Of a DNA stretch of 50,119 nt, positions 8,452 to 16,751 are shown piece after piece. A program made the position numbers and the translations under genes. The DNA comes from a virus (taxonomy: Duplodnaviria > Caudoviricetes): positions 1 to 50,119 of the IMG/VR virus record IMGVR_UViG_3300020202_000015; one strand, 5' to 3'. Each line of letters opens with the position of its first letter. Position 1 is the stretch's first letter. Under the pieces are notes generated by a model, which searched no databases, was not told the origin of the DNA, and saw nothing but the letters and a program-made list of their open reading frames with translations.

Positions 8452-9036
8452 ATGCTGCTCGTCCTCCAGCTCAATAACCTGCTGGGGTTGGAGTCAGGCG
8501 CCCCGACGTTCTCCGGGACGATCCCAGACTACTCGGTGCGCTGGGAGAGCGGCGAGTACACGATCTACGCCGCGAACTACTTCACGGGCGCTACGAGCTA
8601 CAGCATCAGCCCTGCGGTAGAGCCCGGCTGGTCGTTCAACACCACGACCGGCGAGCTGACATTCGACTCGGATGATATCGACGCCTTCGGGCCATTCATC
8701 ATCACGGGGACGAACGTCAACGGCAGCACGGCTAGCAATGCGTTCGACATCGCCGTTACGTTCGGAACGTTCGGTGACTACTCAGGGGCGAACAGCAACG
8801 CCACGACTGACGTCCCATCGAACTACGAGATCTGCGACCGCACAGGCTTCAGGGTGCTGCCTGGTCAGCTCGTGAGGGAATGGAACGGCGCGATGGTGCG
8901 TAGAGAGTCCTGGGAAGCCAGACACCCTCAGGACTTCGTGCGAGGCCGCGCAGAGAGACAGCGTGGCAGCCCCAGACCAGAGCCTGCGGATACATTCATC
9001 GCGGACAACGATCAGGTGACGGTGAGCGACCTATGA
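8452..9036 (+). CDS. Ig-like domain fused to conserved phage ICDR...EW.G...WE.RHPQ domain
   Basis: APTF...SYSISP..PGWSFNTTTGEL putative-Ig pattern followed by a degenerate Zn-ribbon-like C-terminal domain. Confidence 0.6.
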   Translation: MLLVLQLNNLLGLESGAPTFSGTIPDYSVRWESGEYTIYAANYFTGATSYSISPAVEPGWSFNTTTGELTFDSDDIDAFGPFIITGTNVNGSTASNAFDIAVTFGTFGDYSGANSNATTDVPSNYEICDRTGFRVLPGQLVREWNGAMVRRESWEARHPQDFVRGRAERQRGSPRPEPADTFIADNDQVTVSDL

Positions 9037-9533
9037 CAACCATAGCCTGGGATGGAAAGTCACTCGCCGCAGATACCCGTTGCACGACAGGCGGAATGCC
9101 CTGGCAGACCACGAAGGCAGTCAGACTCAAGGATGGACGCCTATTCGCTGCTAGTGGTGCAGGAGAGGACTGCGAAGCCGTAAGGACATGGCTAGAAGGC
9201 GGAGAGAAGCCAACTCCCAAAGACTTCGTAGCCATCCTGATAGAGAACGGCGAATGCATCCGCATGGAAGACAAGCTCGTGAAGATGCGCGTAGAGAGCC
9301 CATTCCACGCAGTAGGCTCAGGCCGCGATTACGCCATTGCAGCGATGCACTACGGGAAGACAGCCCGAGAGGCGATAGAGCTTGCTGCCTTGTATGACAT
9401 CTACACAGGGACGCCCGTGACTGTGCTTACGTGTGAACCATCTAACGTCGCATACTTGACCGAGCTTCAGCGCTTGAGCAAGTACGGTGTCGTGGTGAGC
9501 AGTGATGGGACGAGAGCAGTCGGACAGGAATAG
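9033..9533 (+). CDS. Ntn-hydrolase (HslV/proteasome beta subunit-like)
   Basis: N-terminal M-T-T-I, LAADTR, conserved K, AVGSGRDYA, A.EAIELAA..D..TG. Confidence 0.85.
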   Translation: MTTIAWDGKSLAADTRCTTGGMPWQTTKAVRLKDGRLFAASGAGEDCEAVRTWLEGGEKPTPKDFVAILIENGECIRMEDKLVKMRVESPFHAVGSGRDYAIAAMHYGKTAREAIELAALYDIYTGTPVTVLTCEPSNVAYLTELQRLSKYGVVVSSDGTRAVGQE

Positions 9534-9694
9534 AGTGGGTAGCTCCGCAGTGCAGGACTCAAATTGTACCGCTTCGCACATTAATCCTGCTGATTGTTGC
9601 GATCGATTCGCATCTGCTGGTGCAAAATCCCGGTATACAGCACAAATTCACGACATTGTTGCAAGCTGTTGATCCGTCAACAGATACGCTCGCG

Positions 9695-9724
9695 ACTTTA
9701 CATATAAGAGTGGTTATGCGAACC
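9695..9724 (-). other. dif/cer-like XerCD site
   Basis: Minus strand reads GGTTCGCATAA-CCACTCTT-ATATGTAAAGT versus E. coli dif GGTGCGCATAA-N6-TTATGTTAAAT. Confidence 0.6.
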
Positions 9725-9861
9725 GTGATTTTGGCGTGAATTTCGGTGCAATTAGCCCTTCACATGGGTCCCTTCTGGAGGGGCCGGTTGGGGCAAATCG
9801 CGCAAACGAAAAATCGACATCACCCCCCGTTCAAAACCGCTGCTGATTTTCATCGAGTCCT

Positions 9862-10329
9862 ATGAAGGAACGCCGCACATACTCCGAATCTGAGCGGGTC
9901 ACGGCTGTGCGTGCCTACATTGTGCACGGGACGTTCGATGCTGCGGAAGTGGCGACTGGTGTGGACCGCGACACGATCGCATCTTGGAAGTATCGGGATC
10001 CGACTTGGTGGGAGGAGACCTATAACCGGGTGTCGCTGGAGCTGTTGCGGTCATGCTCTAACGACGACAAGGATGCGCTGCGGCGGATTCGCTCCAAGGT
10101 GGTCGCGCAGTTGGAGGATCGAATCGACAAGGGCGACCAGAAGCTCAACGTGAAGACTGGGGAGCTGGTTCGCGTTGAGGTCACTGCCAAGGAGTTGTCC
10201 GCGATCCTGACTGCGGTCAGTGGTGCGCTGGAGGAGGAGAAGGATCAGCCGGACGAGGAGAAGCTGCGGCAGGAGCGAGCTGCGAAGTTTCGGCAGATCG
10301 CTGAAGCGGACCGCGCCAAGTCCAACTGA
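9862..10329 (+). CDS. terS: terminase small subunit
   Basis: N-terminal HTH, helical middle; stop overlaps the TerL start. Confidence 0.75.
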   Translation: MKERRTYSESERVTAVRAYIVHGTFDAAEVATGVDRDTIASWKYRDPTWWEETYNRVSLELLRSCSNDDKDALRRIRSKVVAQLEDRIDKGDQKLNVKTGELVRVEVTAKELSAILTAVSGALEEEKDQPDEEKLRQERAAKFRQIAEADRAKSN

Positions 10330-11843
10330 TGACGCTGCCGTTTTTGGCCCCTTCCGACTGGGAGGGGTCCGATGCTGTTTGGGGGTTTTCCAAGCAGTAT
10401 CTGGTGTCGCGTTACGACGATCCTAAGCCGATTCCAGCGATCCACCGCGAGTGGTGGGCGCTGTGCATGTCTGCCTATCCGCAGGTCGCCATAGCGGCCC
10501 CGCGAGGCCATGCGAAGTCGAGCGCGATCACCCTGGCGTTCGTGCTGTACGTGCTTCTGGAGCGCCTGGAGTCGCATCTGTTGGTGCTGGGCTCCAATGA
10601 GAGCCTCGCATCCTCGTTCGTGGCTGAGATCAAAGGCGAGCTCACGGAGAACGAGGAGCTGCGGGGGGATTACGGCGTTGAGCGTTTTCTGAAGGAGACG
10701 GAGCACGAGATCATCGTTGAGCTTCGTGGCGGTCATCGCTTCCGGGTGATCGCGAAAGGCGCGGGCCAGCGAATGCGCGGCCTGAAGTGGGATCGAAAGC
10801 GGCCTGGAATGGTCGTTTTCGACGACATGGAAGACGAGGAGATGGTGCTCAATGAGGGCCGCAGGGAGAAATTCCGCCGCTGGTTCTACGGCACGGTCCG
10901 CCCGATTCTGAGGGGCGGCGGGAAGATTCGCGGCGTCGGGACGATCATCGGCTTTGATTCGCTCCTCGAGCGGATGATGCCGAACGAGAAGGACCCGAGC
11001 ACCGTGAAAGAGCCGCTTCGGGTCTACGCGAGAGAGCCGAAGGGCTGGGCGTCGATCAAGTATCGCGCTCACAGCCACGATTTCAGCCAGATCCTGTGGC
11101 CGGAGCAGAGATCGGCGGAGGAGCTCAAGAAGATCCGCGCCGAGTATGCCGCGATGGGCATGCTCGACATCTACGGTCAGGAGTACCTGAACGATCCCGT
11201 CGATCAGGGAACCGCGTACTTTCGGCAGCAGGACTTTCTGCCGATGCGTCCCCAGGACCGGGAGACCAGGAAGACCTACTACGTCGGTATCGACCTTGCC
11301 ATCGGCGAGAACAAACGCTCCGCGTATAGCGTAATGGTCGTCGGCGGCATGGATGCCGAGGGCACGCTGCACATTGTGGACGTGCGTCGCAGCCGCATAG
11401 ACGGCCTTCAGATCATGGATGAGATGTTCTCGATCCAGGAGCGATGGTCGCCTGAGATGTTCCGCACCGAGTCGGAGAACATCGAGAAGGCGATCGGTTC
11501 GTTCATCCACCGCGAGATGGATGAGCGCCAGCAGTATCTGAACATCGACCCCCGACCGCCTACCAAGGACAAGGACAAGCGCGCGCAGTCCATCCGGGCT
11601 CGCATGAGAGCCGGCAAGGTGCGCTTCGACAAGGAGGCTGAGTGGTACGCGGATTTCGAGGAAGAACTGCTCAAGTACCCGAAGGCGCCATTCAAGGACC
11701 AGGTCGACGCAATCGCCTGGTTGGGCCTGATGTTGGAAGAGATGATCGAGCCACAGACCGAAGAAGAGATCGAGGAAGAGGAATACCAGATGGCGTACGA
11801 ACAGCACACATCGCTCGGGCGGTGTGGGACCACGGGGTACTAG
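10329..11843 (+). CDS. terL: terminase large subunit
   Basis: Walker A APRGHAKS, Walker B VVFDDMED, QEYLNDP, RNase H-like GIDLA...DQVDA. Confidence 0.95.
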   Translation: MTLPFLAPSDWEGSDAVWGFSKQYLVSRYDDPKPIPAIHREWWALCMSAYPQVAIAAPRGHAKSSAITLAFVLYVLLERLESHLLVLGSNESLASSFVAEIKGELTENEELRGDYGVERFLKETEHEIIVELRGGHRFRVIAKGAGQRMRGLKWDRKRPGMVVFDDMEDEEMVLNEGRREKFRRWFYGTVRPILRGGGKIRGVGTIIGFDSLLERMMPNEKDPSTVKEPLRVYAREPKGWASIKYRAHSHDFSQILWPEQRSAEELKKIRAEYAAMGMLDIYGQEYLNDPVDQGTAYFRQQDFLPMRPQDRETRKTYYVGIDLAIGENKRSAYSVMVVGGMDAEGTLHIVDVRRSRIDGLQIMDEMFSIQERWSPEMFRTESENIEKAIGSFIHREMDERQQYLNIDPRPPTKDKDKRAQSIRARMRAGKVRFDKEAEWYADFEEELLKYPKAPFKDQVDAIAWLGLMLEEMIEPQTEEEIEEEEYQMAYEQHTSLGRCGTTGY

Positions 11844-11894
11844 CCATGCCGACCACTACGCCGGGCAATCCCGCCCGCAGCAAGTGGAAAGGCC

Positions 11895-12146
11895 ATGAAG
11901 CGATTTCAGATGGATCGCCACGTGATGGTGACGCGGTGGCGGAAGGAATGGGAGGCGCACGGACGTGACTTCGGAGCGTGCCATTGTGGGCGAGGCATGG
12001 GAACGATGAGGAAGCACCGCCCCTACGAGTCGCATCCGTCGAGCTCCTGCCGTGTGTGCGCCTGGGAGCGCACCGAGGGTCGCAAGCAGCGTCGACGCGA
12101 ACGGTACGCAGCGCGCCACGTAATTTCTGAGTCTTTGGACGACTGA
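11895..12146 (+). CDS. small basic Cys/His-rich protein
   Basis: GGAAAGG RBS, CHC and CRVC motifs, TGATG coupling to the portal gene. Confidence 0.6.
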   Translation: MKRFQMDRHVMVTRWRKEWEAHGRDFGACHCGRGMGTMRKHRPYESHPSSSCRVCAWERTEGRKQRRRERYAARHVISESLDD

Positions 12147-14296
12147 TGGAATTCTTTCTTCCCCTCCGCGAAATCGAGCGCTCGAAGAATGTCGACGCTC
12201 TTTTGACGGAGGAACAGTCCGACTATATCGGCTCTGAGGTCGTTCGCGCGTTCAACGAGGACAAGACCAGCCGTAAGGAGTGGGAGACCCGCATGGATGC
12301 GGCGATCAAGCTCGCTCTACAAATGGTCGAGCAGAAATCGTTCCCTTGGCCGAACGCCTCCAACGTCAAATTCCCGCTGATCACGATTGCTGCGCTTCAG
12401 TTTGCGGCGAGAGCCTATCCAGCGCTGATCAAAGGCCCGGATCTGGTTCGCTACAGGGTTATCGGCGAGGACAAGAACGGGCAGAAAGCGGCCAGGGCAG
12501 GGAGAATCGGCCGTCACATGTCATACCAACTGCTCGATCAAGACGAGCAATGGGAGGAAGACACGGATCGGAAGTTCATCGTCCTTCCGATCATCGGCTG
12601 CGCGTTCAAGAAGACCTACTGGGATCCGCTCAAGCAGAAGAATTGCAGCCACCTGGTGCTGCCGCAAAACCTCGTCGTGCACTACTACACGCGCTCGATC
12701 GAGGACTGCGAGCGCAAGACGGAGGTTTTCGAGCTCTACGAGCGCGAAATCAGGGAGAAGCAGCTCGGGGGGCTGTACTCACAGCGCGAGCTGACGAGTG
12801 CTGCGCCTTCGACCTCGAAGCTCGCGGACCAGCGGCAGGGCGTATCCGCACCTCCTGTGAGCAGGCATACCCCCAGAGAGCTGCTGGAGCAGCACTGTTA
12901 CTGGGATCTCGACGGCGACGGCTACCCAGAGCCGTATGTCGTGACAGTCGACCGAGCAACGCGGAAGGTTTTCCGCATCGTGCATCGCTTCGGCCATGTC
13001 GTTACCGAGCAATCGCTTGAAATTGAGCGCCTGACGAACGAGATCAAGTCGCTCAACTTACAGATGTCTGCATTGGTCGAGTCGCTTCCGCCGCCAAATG
13101 GGCAGGAAGACGACGCGCAAGTCGAACTCGCGCGGCAGATTGAGGTCCAGGCAAGTGCCGTTAAGGCCAGAATCGAGGCTTTGGGCTCGCAGATTAAGCA
13201 ACTGAAGGCGTCCGATCAGCAAGAACCTCGTGTTTTGCGCATTTCGCCGCTCGAGTGCTACACGAAGTACGGCTTCATCCCCTCTCCGGATGGCGGATTC
13301 TACGATCTGGGCCTCGGAGCGCTGCTCGGTCCGCTGAATGACTCCGTCAACACGCTGATCAACCAGCTGATCGACTCCGGAACGCTGCAAAACGGCTCCC
13401 AGGGCTTCATTGGCAAGGGCGCGCGCATTCAGGGTGGTGAATTGCGCTTCAAACCGTTCGAGTGGAAGCGCGTGAACGTGGCTGGGCAGGCGCTCAAGGA
13501 CTCAATCGTCCCGCTGCCGATCAATCAGCCCTCGCAAGTGCTGTTTTCGCTCCTGTCTCTGCTGATCCAGTACGCGGAGAAGGTGTCTAGCGTCAATGAC
13601 GCCATGATGGGGAACAACCCCGGACAGAACACGCCTGCGTACAATTTCCAGGCGATGCTCGAGCAGGGCTTGCAGGTGTTCAACGGCATCTTCAAGCGCC
13701 TGTATCGATCCTTCCGCAAGGAGCTGCGCAAGCTCTTTGTGATGAATCGGATATATCTCAATCCGATCGAGTATTTCGAGACGCTGGACGGCCGCTGGAA
13801 GGCGCTCCAGGACGACTATGCCGGTGATGAGAGTGATGTCATCCCCGCGGCGGATCCGAATGCGTTCTCCAGTCAGGAAAACCTGATGAAGGCGCAGTTT
13901 CTTGCGCAACGCGCGGCATCGGTTCCGGGTTACAACATGCCGAAGGTCGAGCTTCGCATCCTCGAAGCGATGGATATCCCGGACGTGCAGGACGTGTATC
14001 CAGTCGATGAGCAAGGCAACAACACGATTCCGCCGCCGCCGAATCCGGAGCTACAGATGCAGGCCGCCGAGGAGGAGAGGCGCGCCGCAGAGTCGAAGAT
14101 CCGTAGCGAGAACGACACGCGGCGCACGATCGCCGATATCTCGCGCATGGAGGCTCAGACGCTGATTGAATTCGAGAAGGTCAAGCAATCGGCGGACAAG
14201 TTGCTGATCGATGAGTTCAAGGCGATTACAGATAGGTTAAAGGCGCAACGAGAGGCAGCAGAAAAACGTGTCAAAGCTTCAGAAAGAGCAGCTTGA
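12146..14296 (+). CDS. portal protein
   Basis: 716 aa after TerL; K.FPW.NASNVKFPL...AA.QF.ARAYP, G.AFKK.YWD, NQLIDSGTL motifs of P22-type portals. Confidence 0.9.
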   Translation: MEFFLPLREIERSKNVDALLTEEQSDYIGSEVVRAFNEDKTSRKEWETRMDAAIKLALQMVEQKSFPWPNASNVKFPLITIAALQFAARAYPALIKGPDLVRYRVIGEDKNGQKAARAGRIGRHMSYQLLDQDEQWEEDTDRKFIVLPIIGCAFKKTYWDPLKQKNCSHLVLPQNLVVHYYTRSIEDCERKTEVFELYEREIREKQLGGLYSQRELTSAAPSTSKLADQRQGVSAPPVSRHTPRELLEQHCYWDLDGDGYPEPYVVTVDRATRKVFRIVHRFGHVVTEQSLEIERLTNEIKSLNLQMSALVESLPPPNGQEDDAQVELARQIEVQASAVKARIEALGSQIKQLKASDQQEPRVLRISPLECYTKYGFIPSPDGGFYDLGLGALLGPLNDSVNTLINQLIDSGTLQNGSQGFIGKGARIQGGELRFKPFEWKRVNVAGQALKDSIVPLPINQPSQVLFSLLSLLIQYAEKVSSVNDAMMGNNPGQNTPAYNFQAMLEQGLQVFNGIFKRLYRSFRKELRKLFVMNRIYLNPIEYFETLDGRWKALQDDYAGDESDVIPAADPNAFSSQENLMKAQFLAQRAASVPGYNMPKVELRILEAMDIPDVQDVYPVDEQGNNTIPPPPNPELQMQAAEEERRAAESKIRSENDTRRTIADISRMEAQTLIEFEKVKQSADKLLIDEFKAITDRLKAQREAAEKRVKASERAA

Positions 14297-14564
14297 GGAA
14301 TGGTTCGAGAGCCCCGTTACTCGCTATCTCCTGTCCCTTCTGCATTCGCGTCTGGATCACACCTTTGCGCTGCGCGCGCAGGTGTTCTTCCCTGGCGAGC
14401 CGCATAAGACACAGGAAGGCAAGGCCACTCTTCTCGGTATGGAGGGTGAGCTTGGGGATCTGATCGAAGCGTTCAGCGAGAAAGATTTGAGTCTATTGGA
14501 AGTAGAGGAGGCGAGTGATGAACAAATCGGGCATTCACCCGAGCGGCGACCGGGTTCTCATTAA
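14268..14564 (+). CDS. hypothetical head-region protein
   Basis: EW..SPVT motif; usual slot after the portal. Confidence 0.7.
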   Translation: MSKLQKEQLEEWFESPVTRYLLSLLHSRLDHTFALRAQVFFPGEPHKTQEGKATLLGMEGELGDLIEAFSEKDLSLLEVEEASDEQIGHSPERRPGSH

Positions 14565-14928
14565 ACCGGACGAGATCGAGAAGAAGACAGACGGCGGGAT
14601 CATCATCCCCGACACGGTCGGCGAGCTGCACGCAATGGCGCAGTCGATCGGTACGTTCGTGGAAGCAGGCCCCGACGCCTATATCGATCACGTCGAGAAG
14701 GACGCGCAGGGCAACGTCACGAAAGTTGTGGGCTATCGCGGTCCGTTCGCGAAGCCAGGCGATCGTGTGGCGTTTGCGAAGTACGGCGGCCTTCAGGTCA
14801 TCGGCAAGGACGGCGAGACCTATCGACTGATGAACGATGTCGATGTCACCGCCGTCGTGGAAGAGGGCGTGAACTTCACCGAGTTGAAGGCCCGCACGCC
14901 GGTTTTTGAGTCGAGGAAGCGCGCATGA
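14515..14928 (+). CDS. groES: GroES-like co-chaperonin
   Basis: IHPSGDRVLIK, KTDGGIIIPD mobile loop, KPGDRV.FAKYGG, YRLMND.DV. Confidence 0.92.
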   Translation: MMNKSGIHPSGDRVLIKPDEIEKKTDGGIIIPDTVGELHAMAQSIGTFVEAGPDAYIDHVEKDAQGNVTKVVGYRGPFAKPGDRVAFAKYGGLQVIGKDGETYRLMNDVDVTAVVEEGVNFTELKARTPVFESRKRA

Positions 14929-15674
14929 GTGACGAAAGAGACTACGAGGCCGAGGCCCGTGCCGACGGCTGGGTCAGCCAGGAAGAGTGGAAGGGCGACG
15001 CGAACAAGTGGATTCCCGCGGAGGAGTTCGTTAAGCGCGGAGAGACCATTCTGCCGATCGTGCAGGCGAAGCTGCGCAAGAAGCTCGAAGAGGTGGACGA
15101 TCTCAAGCGCCGCTTCGATGAGCGCGAGAACGTCTTCAAGGACTTTCAGACCTTCCAAGAGCAGGCACTAGCGAAGGCCAAGAAGGAGCGCGAAGAGGCG
15201 ATCGCCGCGCTCGAGGCGGAGCGCAAGAAAGCCATTACCGAAGGTGATGGCGAGGCGTTCGACAAGGCCGACAAGAAGCTCCAGGACCTGCGCGCGCAAC
15301 CTCCTCAGCCGAAGGAGTCAACCGAGGTGACCGCATGGAAGGCGGAGAACAAATGGTATGAGACAGACGCAGAGCTCACCGCCATCGCGGACGGGCTTGC
15401 GGATGTCGTGAAGCGAGAGAATCCCGGGCTGAAGGGGAAAGCGTTTCTGGACAAGCTCACGGAGCGAGTTCGGAGCGTTGTCCCACACAAGTTCGAGAAT
15501 CCGCGGCGGTCGGACGTCATCACTACCGGCGGCGGGAACAAGAAAGGGTCAGGAAAGAGCAAGGGTTACGACGATCTCCCCGCGGATGCTAAGGCGGCTT
15601 GCGATCGGTTCGTCAAGTCGATCCCGGGTTTCTCGCGGGAAGCCTACCTGTCGACCTACGACTGGAGTGAGTGA
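14925..15674 (+). CDS. scaffolding protein
   Basis: Charged coiled-coil protein upstream of capsid genes; GW...EEWKGD...W..AEEFV, W.AEN.WY..D. Confidence 0.7.
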   Translation: MSDERDYEAEARADGWVSQEEWKGDANKWIPAEEFVKRGETILPIVQAKLRKKLEEVDDLKRRFDERENVFKDFQTFQEQALAKAKKEREEAIAALEAERKKAITEGDGEAFDKADKKLQDLRAQPPQPKESTEVTAWKAENKWYETDAELTAIADGLADVVKRENPGLKGKAFLDKLTERVRSVVPHKFENPRRSDVITTGGGNKKGSGKSKGYDDLPADAKAACDRFVKSIPGFSREAYLSTYDWSE

Positions 15675-15675
15675 A

Positions 15676-16092
15676 ATGTCCAAGACACACAGAGAAAGGG
15701 TTCCGTTCTCAGCACAAAGGAAGCGACTACAGATCGATGAGAAGTTCGATGGCTTCGTGACGCGCTGGTTCAACGAGCAAGACGATCGGATTGAGCGCGC
15801 TCTCGCTGCCGGCTACGAATTTGTCGATCGAGACAGCGTGAAGCAGGTTGGGGACAAAGACATCTCCAACGGGAATACCGACATGAACTCGAAGGTGAGT
15901 CGTGTCGTCGGACGCACGGCGAACAATCAGCCGATTCGCGCTTTCCTCATGAAGATTCGCAAGGACTGGTACGAAGCCGACCAAGCGAAGAAAGAGGAGA
16001 CGAATCGTCTCGTCGATGACGCCATTCGTGCAGGTAAAGTCGGCGGAGCGGACATCAAGAATCAATATGGCGAAGTCAAACTTCAAGCCTGA
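15676..16092 (+). CDS. conserved head-region protein
   Basis: RW.N....RI......GYEFV...LMKI..DWYE.DQ pattern; between scaffold and capsid genes. Confidence 0.7.
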   Translation: MSKTHRERVPFSAQRKRLQIDEKFDGFVTRWFNEQDDRIERALAAGYEFVDRDSVKQVGDKDISNGNTDMNSKVSRVVGRTANNQPIRAFLMKIRKDWYEADQAKKEETNRLVDDAIRAGKVGGADIKNQYGEVKLQA

Positions 16093-16119
16093 TTCTGTCG
16101 TAGCCGTTTCGCCTCCATG

Positions 16120-16141
16120 CCCGCTCCTGTAGCGGGTTTTT
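16120..16141 (+). terminator. intrinsic terminator-like hairpin
   Basis: CCCGCT-cctgt-AGCGGG-TTTTT. Confidence 0.6.
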
Positions 16142-16160
16142 CATTTCTGGAGACTGTGAA

Positions 16161-16739
16161 ATGGCTAATGCAGATACTCCGTTCGGGCTGCGGCCCGTGC
16201 GGTACATCAGCGGTGCGCCTTACAACGGCGCGGCGAACGTGTATTCGACCGCGACGGGTGATGCGACCGCGATCTACATCGGTGACCCGGTGAAGCTTTC
16301 TGGCACGTCGCAGACGATCAATGGTGTCATCTATCGCGACGTTGACCAGGCTGCGACCGGTGATGTCGTAGTGGGCGTGGTGGTCGGTGTGCTGCCGGAG
16401 ACGGCGGACTCGCTGATCTATCGCGCAGCTTCGACGCAGCGCCGCCTCCTGGTTGCAGACGATCCGGCTCTCGTATTCGAGATCCAGGAGGTGTCTGGCG
16501 GCACTGCTCTGGCGGCGAACGACATCGGCCTCAATGCGAACTTCGTTGTCGGTACGGGTTCGACCACGACCGGCATGTCCGGTGTCGAGCTGAACAACGG
16601 CACCGAGGCGACGACGGCGACGCTTGACTTGCAGATCGTTGACTTCGCGAACCGCGTGGACAACGAGATCGGCGAGCACGCGAAGTACCTCGTGCGCATC
16701 AATCGTCACCAGTACCGCGACCAGGTTGCGGGCATCTAA
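16161..16739 (+). CDS. capsid decoration/cement protein
   Basis: MAN.D.PFGLRPV start, immediately before the major capsid gene. Confidence 0.7.
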   Translation: MANADTPFGLRPVRYISGAPYNGAANVYSTATGDATAIYIGDPVKLSGTSQTINGVIYRDVDQAATGDVVVGVVVGVLPETADSLIYRAASTQRRLLVADDPALVFEIQEVSGGTALAANDIGLNANFVVGTGSTTTGMSGVELNNGTEATTATLDLQIVDFANRVDNEIGEHAKYLVRINRHQYRDQVAGI

Positions 16740-16751
16740 GGAGCAGCAATC

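Noticed and set aside
10245-11807. 520-aa ORF antisense to terL (likewise 16767..17873 opposite the capsid gene)
   Set aside because: Antisense shadows expected from GC-rich codon usage; no motifs.
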